A stretch of 54,891 bases of DNA, the filler included, from Sphacelaria rigidula (lineage: Eukaryota), in assembly GCA_964200075.2 (NCBI GenBank). It is 5 parts of 5 records of this genome, joined end to end, with 100 filler letters (N's around TTAATTAATTAA, not from the genome) between each part and the next. Parts side by side here need not be neighbours in the genome. Positions count along the whole stretch, not along the records: positions 22,000 to 32,897 come from CAXNAA020005717.1; positions 32,998 to 43,894 come from CAXNAA020005718.1; 3 more parts are not named here. The stretch is one strand, 5' to 3'. The notes beneath the pieces were generated by a model. It had not been told where the DNA came from. It saw nothing but the letters and a program-made list of their open reading frames with translations, and did no database searches. Positions 24,339 through 34,483 of this stretch are shown here, in pieces (position 1 is the stretch's first letter; every line of letters starts with the position of its first letter). The position numbers and the translations under genes were made by a program.

Positions 24339-27300
24339 ACGAGGTGACACGTCCTAATCCCACCTCTTTACCACGCAATGAGGCGTGTGACCCCCAGCAG
24401 ATATATATATATATATATATATATACTATGTATATATATACTGCAACCATCATATCGGGTACACCTCGAATAACAGAACCGTATGACTTCTTTCCTTGTT
24501 GTGCCCACGGCGGAGCGCAAGGCAACTCGTGCTCAAACCGTGTAAAGCTTGCGTCGGGTATGTTGTATGTTGTCGCCTACTTTGGTGGTTCTTGCTGTGT
24601 AGGACCATGTAAGGCGTAGTTCAAAACACCCCCAAGATCGAAGTTTTTCAAAACTAATCAGGCTAGTCGCTGCGGGGACTCTGACCCTGACTCTAACCCC
24701 AACATTAACTCTAATGCAAACCCTAGCCATGAACCCCTTCAAACTTCGTTGCGGTCCCCTGAGTACCGATTCTCCAACCCACTGAAAAACCGTTCCCAAC
24801 ACGCTGGCAACCCCCAGCAAGTTGGAGGAGCTAGCGTGGTACACGATCAACCTCTCGGGTAGGTGAAATGCGGTGCGATTCGCGATTATCCCCCTACAGT
24901 CTGAAAGGGTTTGCCACCCCTCTCTACGTGGGGATTCATCCGTCTTATTCGACAGAAGTGCGACGAGTATGAAGTCGTCGTTCGGTCTCGTGGACGCACC
25001 TGAATTACTCGTCTGCAGGTGGTATCCCTCCTGAGCTAGGGAAACTTGGCGCCCTGCGGGTTCTCCTGTTGTCCCGGAATGAGCTGACTGGTGAGTGCAC
25101 ATGGACAGAGAGTCGAGCACAGATGCCCCGATGTATTCCAGAGCACCTCCAAACCTGTTGTCGTGCTCACGGAGGCGCGTAGGCTACGTCACGTTGGAGA
25201 AACTCTTCGCTCGCGTCGGGTATGTTGTGTATTGATGACAATGTTGGTTGTTTCTCGCTGCGCAGGGCCCGTCCCCAACACGCTGGCAGCTCTCAGCAAG
25301 TTGGAGGAGCTTGACTTGTCCAGGAACAAGCTGTCAGGTGGGTGGAGTGCGGTACGATCCGAGATGATTTGCTGGGAATGTACAAGGGTGTCCCACCGTT
25401 GTTTAGGCGTGGCCTCTCCTGTTTCAATCTGACAGGAGTGCGACGAGTATGAGGTCGTCGTTCGATCTCGTGGACGCACCTGAATTACTCGTCTGCAGGT
25501 GGTATCCCTCCTGAGCTAGGGAAACTTGGCGCCCTGCGAGTTCTTTATTTGTTCGAGAATGAGCTGACTGGTAAGTGCACATGGACAGAGAGTCGAGCAC
25601 AGATGCGCCGATGTATTTCAGAGCACCTCCAAACCTGTTGTCGTGCTCACGGAGGCGCGTAGGCTACGTCACGTTGGAGAAACTCTTCGCTCGCGTCGGG
25701 TATGTTGTGTATTGATGACTATGTTGGTTGTGATTTGGCCCTGCGGCACGTTTCGACCACATGGATTGTGGCGGTGTATGCAAAGGTTGTGATTGCTTGT
25801 GCTCGGCCCCAGGCACTGAGAAACCAATCCGCCCGTAGGGCTGTGTCGCCCACAGCCCATGCGGAGCATAAACGTGTCGGACAAAAGCGGGATCAAGGGG
25901 CCGACAGCACCGCGGGGCAGGAGGGCCTCGCAGAAACCCCTCCTTGGTACGGCAATGCGATCGGTGCACCCCTCACCATACTCCATTATCATGTCACACC
26001 GCTTTGTCCAGTTCGTTTCCACTCCTTTCCAAAGTGTACCAACATCTGACTACCATTGCTGAAGGTGGCCACAACCACCTTCTGACCCACCACACGGCAC
26101 AAAATCGAATGGCCGAAGAACGTGTTGAACGGTTGATTTCACCTCTGAGTATTATCAATGTTGAGTGGTCCCGCACGTTGCTAGTTTTCCACGCATCTTC
26201 ACATCCAAGGTGTCACTCGTTGGAATTCCGGGGCGTATGCTGCTCGTAAAAGGGTGTCGGTGTACCCACCTTTCGTGCATCGCGCGTACTATTCCTCCCT
26301 CACTGTCGGTATCAATACGCAGCAAACTTGGCCGTGAACCTGGCTCTGTCATGGCCGAGCATGTGACAACCTGCCATGCTCTGATTGCGGGTGTGATTGA
26401 GATGCTAACATACTGTTGTAGGCGGACGGGTCCTTTGGGTTGTGCTAGTTCGTGGTGTCGCGTCGGCGACCTCAAGCGCCATGTTTTCAAAGTTCGTGAG
26501 GGAGGCAGTTCAATGTAGTCTCGTGTCGACGGAAAATTGCAGTCAACGTTGTCGTATACTTTCCGGCACGTCCGAAACGCGTGTGTCCGCTGGACTTGTG
26601 TTATTTTTTTAACGTGGCGACGAAACTTTTCTATTCCCTTCATAGGGGGACCTCGGGAAAATGAGACGCTTTCGGCGTGGAAAACCCGGATGCAGGCGGA
26701 ACTTGTCGAGAAAAAGCACGCAAGATTGCAGGGTCAACGGGCGAAGGAGACATCTGCCGCTCTCACCGGACGCTTAACCTCGTCGGCGAGAGGACACGCC
26801 GAGCAATTACTCGAAGTGCAGGTCGCGTCCTTTGCAGAGTTGGATGAGCTCACTAGAGAGAATCACGCAACCCTGGAGGAAGTTAAAATTCTCCTCCGAG
26901 AACCTGCCGGCGGTAACTTTCTTCCTGACGATGTGCTCACGGATGCAGAGAAGCTGCAGGAGCTCGACAGGCTGGTAGCAATGGCAAAGGCTCTAGGCGA
27001 GGTGGCGGTGAGCGCTACAAAGTAGATATTTGTTGGCATACAGCAGCAATGGGGAAAAGCCCATCTGACGTTGTATGGCTTGATGACGGATTGCGTATGA
27101 CGTCATCTTGCTTTGTGGCTTTCGGCTTTGGCCTCACGCAATGTGCCTAGTATATCCAGGGCTGTTATGACTTGACGCTGGTCGTGCAAATGCTGTCCGA
27201 GTGCGAGTGCGCAGTCGAGACACACCGAAGAGGAGGACACACGATGGAAGATGATGGCCTTGGACCCGGGTTCCAAGGCATACTACACCGCCGTCAGGCG

Positions 27301-30300
27301 CGGCTTATGTAACGCTTACCTCGCTGCCAGCGTCGTTGACAGTGGCCTTGTGTCCACGAGCGAAATCGGTGTCATGGGCAAGGTGGGCAACGTGGGTAGG
27401 TTTGAGCCTGCAAGAGGTGTGTTGACCACAATGAGCCGCCACAGTTGAACTTCGGCGCGGGAAACAGTTGATGCACCTTTCTCGCGATATTGATGTAAAC
27501 AAAAAGAGATTGTTTTCCGCCATACAAGGCGTCCAGAGTTACACGAGGGGGTGAACAAGAAATAAGAAAGTTATATGTTTTTTGTACCGTGCCCATTGTG
27601 CCTGCGTGCCAATCAAAGAACAATACGTTTTTTTCCTTTTTGCAGGCAGGGACGGCCTTGAAACTGATTTCTAGCGCAGTGCCCGTGATCGGCGGACTAG
27701 CCAGCTTGGCGGGTGCAGCGTTGAAGGTTGGAGACTGCTACCTCCAAACTCAACGAGTGGTGAAGGTGATTATGTTCTCATGCATATGGTGCATCGGATG
27801 GATTTCAACGTACTGCTTGTATGCCCAGCCTGCGATGGTGTTGATGGGTCATTGCGCGAGCCCACTCGTTTTTTCATATTCGGCAGATCACCGATTTGGC
27901 ACCGGATGCGGTTGAGTGTTCTAAGCTGACGAAGATGCTAGCACTACGACTCACCGACGCTCTCGTAGACATCACCGTCGCCACGTCGCACGGCTGGCGG
28001 GAAGGTGAGGACAATATTTGGAAATGAGCTCGGGTTCAAGCGCCCGTCTTTCCCTGACCAAACAGCACCTTTCCGCATTGCTGCCTGGGTATTATCAGGC
28101 CAAAGTCGCTGATTTTTACCAAAATACGGGACCTCCCTTGTTGAGATCAGGGGGGGAAACATGTGTGATACATATCACACATGGCGTGTACCCGCAGAGG
28201 CCGTGGTAATTCGACCACATCCTGCAGAGGTGAAGCTGCACAGCACGGTGGGCTTCACATTCCTCCGTGCTGTGCTCCTGCACAGCACCATGGGGGTAAT
28301 GTGTAGGTTTTGGGTAATGCGAGGGCGTTCTCGTGCTTGCAATGCACATTTGCAACATGTGCACGGAAAGGGGACGGACCTTGCTTTCCTCTGCCATGTG
28401 AGCTTGTGCAAGCGAATCGATCCGGCAGGGGTTCTGTCGTGAGGTGTCAGGTACCGAGCATGGACCGTGTGTTGCATCTCTCGTGTTTCAGGCGGCTTCG
28501 AATCAAGTGAGGGTTATGGCACCTTACCAGACGGTGCGAGCGAGGAAGCCGTCATGGAATGGTTCATCGAAAACGTCGTGAACTGCGTGTCTAGCAAGTG
28601 CGGAACAACGTCTGGGACCCATGAGGAGCAGGTGAGTGAGTCATACGTGGTAGGACCTCGGCGCTGCGACCTTGTTTGATCCGGAACACGAATATTCGGG
28701 TACGATAGCCATACTTGCTCGACGTCGTTCATGTGCGCCCCCATGTCTCTTCAGGCTCGGAGGCGGCTCGGCAAACGACACCTTCACACGCTTTTGGAAG
28801 CGGTGGGTCGAGATTGCCTTCAGGGTATAAACAGCATCGAAGGAAAGGTAAAATACGGATGCGTCTGAAAACCACGGGCGTTGTTTATTTTTCCGTTCAC
28901 CAAGCCGCCGTATTTTTCATAGGCTTCGGACAGCGTCACTACTGACATTTTGATCGGGGCCAACAACGCTGACACCCCTCTCCGTGTAGGCGACACCCTT
29001 GCCAACTGAGCACAGAGACCACACGGTGACGGGAGAGCGGTGTATGCAAGGGACCATTAGGCGAAAAGGTTTCCGTTATTCCACTCGTTTCCTCGAACAC
29101 ATGCTGTGGTTCATACGACGATGTAGGTCGAACGGCTGGTGAAAGTGGTAATTCCCGAGGCCGGCACGAGTCCCACCGCGACCTCGAGTGCGCCCGAGAG
29201 GTCGTCGGTGCGATTTCCTGTATCAGCGTCACCCCACGACGGCATCTTGGATCGGGAAGTGGATTTTTCTGCCATGAAGGCAGAGCTGGAAGCATTGAAG
29301 CTCGCGGACGAGAGCCTGCAAAGAGAATTTGAAGCGTTGAAGTCCGAGAAACAGAAGCTGCAGAGTAGGGTGAGTGGAACCAGTCATTGCCGTAAAGACC
29401 CAGGACGTCTTGCGTGCTTGATGCGGCGCCTCTCGCCAGTGATACCTAAGCAGCTTTCGACACGACGAGTCTGGTGACTTGAAAGTATAGCCAACTCTGT
29501 ATATAATTCATGTTGACGTGGCTCTCTTATTTCCTTCTGTTCCCTCCGCCTAGGTGGTCGCCATGGAGAAACGTATCTCAAAGCCTCAGGCGGAGTCGGG
29601 CGATTCGGTGGATGCTGGTGAGTATAGCTGCTGTTTCACGACCACCATCCATCACGAGAATCCATGTGAATGTAGGAGAGTGGTCGCCGAAAGTTCCATC
29701 TTCCCCCTCGTAGTACTGTCTTGTGGACTCCTGTATCCTCGCTCGGTTTCCTTTCCAACGGTTCGTAGGATTTGTATTTTCTAGGGTGTGCACTGTGTAC
29801 CGTGCAAGCCAGACATTTTCGTTTCCTCCCTCCGTGCTCTATAGACGCATCGAGATACTCGTCTCTACGCTCGCCCCACTTACTCCCTTTGTCGCCCTTT
29901 CGCTCTAATCGACAACCACTATTCGAAGGAGGAGGGCAGCTCCTCGCTCAGAAGCAGAAGACCAAGACCAAGACCATGGAGGAGTTCAATCAGGAGATGG
30001 AGAACCCAGGTTTGATACAGAGGGACATTGGCAAACTCACTTGGGCTTAGTACGCTGTCTCGGAGAAAATATCACCAAGGCCACCGAAGGCACGAACTGA
30101 TCCGGCACTCAACCTCATTAATTCTCAGTACGAACAACTTGTCGAGGAGGATTCGTGATGGGTGCCAGCGCGAAGTGACTGCACTTGATAGCGTTGTCCT
30201 CGTGACAGGGGGATTCGGCTTAAATTAGTGACCAATGGTGGATTGAGGGAGTTTATCCCAAGAGGCGCCCTGGGTTGCTCGCGACCATCCCTTCGTCGCG

Positions 30301-30762
30301 ACGATATTTCATGCCCGGCGTCCTCACGAAACAGGCTTGAGTGACTTCCCGTGGCAGTACTCGTACATGCAGTTGTTTCCACGCTTATTCTCTTTTGTGT
30401 CGTGTCGCTCACACGACTCTTTCTTCCGTTGCCTTTTCCGACCGAAAACTTGCAGATCTTGCTACAGACCGGCAAACTGACAACCCCGACGAACCTTGGG
30501 TCACCCTGGCTGATCGAGAAATGGTGGAGGGAGAGATGAAATATCTGGACGAACGAGTTTCTGCACTTGAAAAAGAAAACCGAGGTAAGCTGAGCCCTGC
30601 CATTGCACTTTTGGAATATGTGCTCTCAGTATTGTCCATCATGAAGGCTACGCACAGACACGTTAGGTACGAAGAGTGTTCAGTCATGTGCCTTTTCCGC
30701 TTGAACTCGTGCCGTTTGCAGGTAAGAAGGGATTTCTGTCACGCTGGCGCCGCCATCGCTGA
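23314..30762 (+). CDS. Leucine-rich-repeat protein (brown-algal one-LRR-per-exon type) with uncharacterised helical/coiled-coil C-terminal region, ~629 aa
   Basis: GT-AG exons 23314-23428, 25019-25090, 25266-25337, 25499-25570, 26646-27007, 27215-27382, 27646-27765, 27887-28004, 28492-28631, 28755-28847, 29127-29369, 29554-29617, 29929-30009, 30456-30584, 30722-30762 are phase-compatible and sum to 1890 nt. N-cap MALVDRNLLLSLYGSTGG...RVVELNLGNSNLQG; plant-type LRRs GGIPPELGKLGALRVLLLSRNELT, GPVPNTLAALSKLEELDLSRNKLS, GGIPPELGKLGALRVLYLFENELT; ends GKKGFLSRWRRHR*. Confidence 0.85.
24285..24440. repeat. (CA)n and (TA)n microsatellites in intron 1
   Basis: Directly visible at ~24302-24335 and ~24401-24440. 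Confidence 0.9.
24787..24858 (+). pseudogene. Disabled 72-nt LRR exon (splice acceptor lost)
   Basis: VPNTLATPSKLEELAWYTINLS aligns with exon 25266-25337 at offset 479; the GT donor is retained but AA replaces AG upstream and LRR consensus residues have decayed. Confidence 0.75.
24790..25731 (+). repeat. Tandem duplication with a ~480-bp unit carrying two LRR exons and two introns
   Basis: 24961-25251 and 25441-25731 are near-identical at offset 480. Confidence 0.95.
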
Positions 30763-31337
30763 ATTTGCATGGCAGCCGCGGAATCTGGACCGAGCGAAGA
30801 GCAGTGGCGATGGAGCATCTCGTCGAGCATTGGGCAGCCACGATTTAGCTCTGTTTTCACACGCCTCCAGGAGGAAACGCCTGTGGGGGGGATCGTAACC
30901 CATCCTGGCGTCGAGGCGGCACGTATTTTCCCATCGACTCGTTCTCGATTGGAGTCGAGCAGTGAATCTTGATCACCGACCAGATTGTTACGGAGTTGCG
31001 CCCCCAGACTTAGCGCTTGGTCGTGACTAAACGGACGTGCGGATAGCTCTTTGGGTTGTTCAACGTTGGTAATCGCGTTGTGCTCCTTGCATGCATGTAG
31101 ACAGCCGTTACACGGCTGTCGGCGTCATTGTTGATGGGTGGATTTCTATTTGTGCACTACACAGAACAAGACCCAGAAGTGGTGAGCGGGGAGGATGGGA
31201 TGCCGCGTATCAAGCGAAGGTCGTGTTGGGATCGAAGATTTATTGTTTCGTGGTACAAGTGCCAAGGGAAGAGGAGTAGGCCACAAGCGGTGAATCGAGG
31301 TAAAGGACAAGCTGTAGGCATTTAGGGATCGTGGGCA

Positions 31338-31520
31338 GGGGGGAGGGGGGGGGGGGGGGGGGGGGGGGGGACCGCAGGAAAAAGGGGAGGAAAAAAAGAA
31401 AAAGCGCCGGCGGAAAGGCGGGGTGTCTCTCCTGTTNNNNNNNNNNGGAGAGGTGTGGTTATGATGTGGGTGGGGGGGGTGGGGGGGGGTGGAGGGGGGT
31501 GGGGTGTGGTGGGGGGGGGT
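31338..31520. repeat. G-rich low-complexity tract with a small internal N gap
   Basis: Poly-G runs; sequence quality probably poor. Confidence 0.8.
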
Positions 31521-31937
31521 GCGTGGTGAGACGCATGAAACACGGCAGGAAAATCAGCAGAAGTAGCCGACGAAAGGCCGGTTGTCTCTGCTATTTGATG
31601 TTTTATGAAGAGGAACGATCGGATCGATTGTCTGGAGGTGACCTACATTTGCTTCGGCCGTATCTCCCTCTCTTGTCTTTTGCTTCTCTGTTCTGAGTGA
31701 GTTACAAGTTTGTAGTACAAAAACCGTCTCAGTATGTTCGGTGCTGGGGTGGATGCCTGAGCGGCGGACAGCCACCGAAAAAGAGCCCCCCCTGTCTAGC
31801 AGCGGTGAAACGACTAACGCAACCAATGAAAAATTACTTTCCCCTTTGTAGGGGAAGCGTGGAGAGGTCGTCTCGAAGATAGGCGAGCCATTTCCTCATC
31901 TTACACGATGGGCGTGTCCCCACCCCACTTTTTTTCA

Positions 31938-32897
31938 GCCTGATCCAGCGAGAACCTGGCGTGCTCCGCCCCGGCTTTGCAGGGACGTACCCCCTTTGGG
32001 GTTGGCGTCGATGACGCTATAAAACACATCATTCACTGCGTAAGCTAGACAACCAGGTTACCGATTTTTTGCGCACTTGCGTTTTTTTGCGGTAACCATG
32101 ATAGTAGTCGAGCTAAATCATGTTGTGCGGCGTGGGAGAACCTCAACTCCGCATAATGGTGATGATCGTAATAAGTAGTGTTCAAATAGTGAGACACCCA
32201 TGAGGCAGAGCATAAGCCGTGGCTGTCTCTTGAAGTGGCGATACCAGAAAATAAAACACCTCATTGTTGGCTGTCATCCAAATGCAAGATAATCAATAGG
32301 CTTTGGGCCGAACAATCTTAGCAGGATGCAGCTCACCCTTCATGCGACTCGCTGAACACATCACGGCGCTTCGCGCTTGGTGATTGAGTGCGAGCCTGGT
32401 TCAGCCTGGTCCGGCGAGAACCGGGTGTGCTCCGTGTCGGCTTTGTAGGGGTGAACCCCGATGGGGTCGGCGACGGTTGACGACGACGCTGTAAAACACG
32501 CCTCTCACTGCGTAAGCTAGACAACCAGGTTACCGTTTTTTTGCGCTCTTGCGTTTTTTTTTGCGGTAACCATGATGGTAGTCGAGATAGATCATGTTGT
32601 GCGGTGTGGGAGAACCTAAACTCCGCACAATGGTGATGATCGTACCACATAGTGTGTAAATGGTGAGACACTCATGAGGCAGTATGTAAGCCGTGACTGT
32701 CTCAGGGAGTGGCGATACCAGACAATAGAGCAACTCATCGGAGGCTGCCATCCAATGCAAGATAATCAGTAGGCTTCGGGTCAAACAATCTTAGCAGGAT
32801 GAAGCTGACCGTTCATGCGACTCGCCAAACACACCACGGCGCTTCGCACTTGGTGACTGAGTGCGAGCCTGGTCCGGCGAAAACTCGGCGTGATCCG
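31938..32897 (+). repeat. Head-to-tail tandem array of the ~465-bp unit (two full units and the start of a third)
   Basis: GCCTG(G/A)TCC(G/A)GCGA(G/A)AAC starts at 31938, 32404 and 32867 (periods 466 and 463). Confidence 0.92.
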
Positions 32898-32997
32898 NNN
32901 NNNNNNNNNNNNNNNNNNNNNNNNNNNNNNNNNNNNNNNNNTTAATTAATTAANNNNNNNNNNNNNNNNNNNNNNNNNNNNNNNNNNNNNNNNNNNN
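32898..32997. other. Artificial contig spacer
   Basis: N44-TTAATTAATTAA-N44. Confidence 0.98.
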
Positions 32998-34103
32998 GTT
33001 TTGGTGGCTTTGTTTTACAGCGCCGTTGCCACTCGACGCCAACCCAAGAGTCTAGAGGTGAGCGGAGGGGGGGGGGGGTGTCTTCAGGGGGGCGGCAGAA
33101 TCACCGAAGCCGCCCCACACTCGAGGTTGGGTGGTGGTTTCGCAAGCTGCAGTAGCAGCGCCAGTCTGCTCCATGTATTCCAATGTTGATCCTCGAATGA
33201 GTATTTGCGGGCTTCCGTTGTCCAACAAGGGTACGCATTTCGTAGGCGTGGTGGCGTTTGGACCAGAGTGGATCGCGATGCATATAGTGAAAGTGGCCGG
33301 ATCCACAGACACTTCACCGCCAACAAGGTCCGGACCGTGTTCCGGCAAGGTAAATTGGTCAGGGTAAGCGGGGCTGACAGCAAAAACGGACGGCGGGTGA
33401 TCTGCCGGTGGGTCAGATTCCTCACCAGAGAAGGGGGTGGACGGTATATTATTCCCAGGTGTGGCACGGTTCGACTGATAATTAGCGATTTCGTAAATGA
33501 CCGTCTTGGGTTGACAGGGATCAACATCCCTGCGGGATCCACGTTGCACGGGGCTGGAGTTGTCGATTGAAGAAGCAGTGACGTCAGAAATATTGAATTT
33601 TGTTTCCTCCGTGATACTTGATAGGGCCGTCGAGCTCAAAGTCGTCGCATTTTGCAGATGTTGAGGTCGAGGCTTTCCGCTCGAGAGAGGTGTACATGGT
33701 GATGCGCGCGCGTCCTTGGGGGCATGCTTACGGGGCTTCCTCTTCTGCCGGGACAATGGTCGGGGAACTTCCAAAACATTTTCGGATGAGACCACAACTG
33801 CGTCCAGTCGGGTGGACGGGGTCAGCATCGGGGCATGATCGAGCAAACCTTGTGGACTTTCCGTAGGCAAGCTTGGCTAGGGAGTCCTAGTCGAAGGTAA
33901 TTTGGGGCGGGTGATATTAGAACCGGCCAAGGGTAGTTCCATGCATGTTGAAAATTGCTGGGGAAGAGCTCGATCCAACTGATTGGGAACTACATGATCC
34001 GATGTGGTCAAGTTCAAATCAGCAACACCTGGGTCAGCTGACAAAGGCTTGTTACCACCTGTGCGTGCGGTCGCTGTGAGACTCCTTCGCCTCAGGGAAT
34101 GGA

Positions 34104-34483
34104 GGCTGATGGATCTATGCAATGTTTTATGTAATGAGATCTGCCAGCCCTCTACTCAAAGGAGATCTCCAAAACGTTGGGCGCCAGTTGCGTCCGCCAA
34201 CTGAAGGATATTGCGAACGGTACGGCGAATGGATGTGTTGAGAGCAGAATTAAACTGTCCCGAACCTTTGTTATCTGTGTGAGGGAAGCAGCAGTGTCGG
34301 GAGAGCGGCGGCTGATGGATCTATGCAATGTTTTATGTAATGAGGTCTGCCAGCCCTCTACTCAAATGAGATCTCCAAAACGTTGGGCGCCAGTTGCGTC
34401 CGCCAACCGAAGGATATTGCGAACAGTACGGCGAATGGATGGGTTGAGAGCAGAAGTAAACTGTCCCGAACCTTTGTTATCTG
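34104..34483. repeat. Direct duplication of ~174 bp with period 206
   Basis: GGCTGATGGATCTATGC...CCTTTGTTATCTG at 34104-34277 and 34310-34483. Confidence 0.95.

Noticed and set aside
28923-29010. Extra exon of the LRR gene after a TTTTTCATAG acceptor
   Set aside because: In-frame TGA in the required phase; 28847 splices cleanly to 29127.
23314-30762. Calling the LRR gene a ROCO GTPase
   Set aside because: No GxxxxGK[ST], Roc or COR sequence in any exon.
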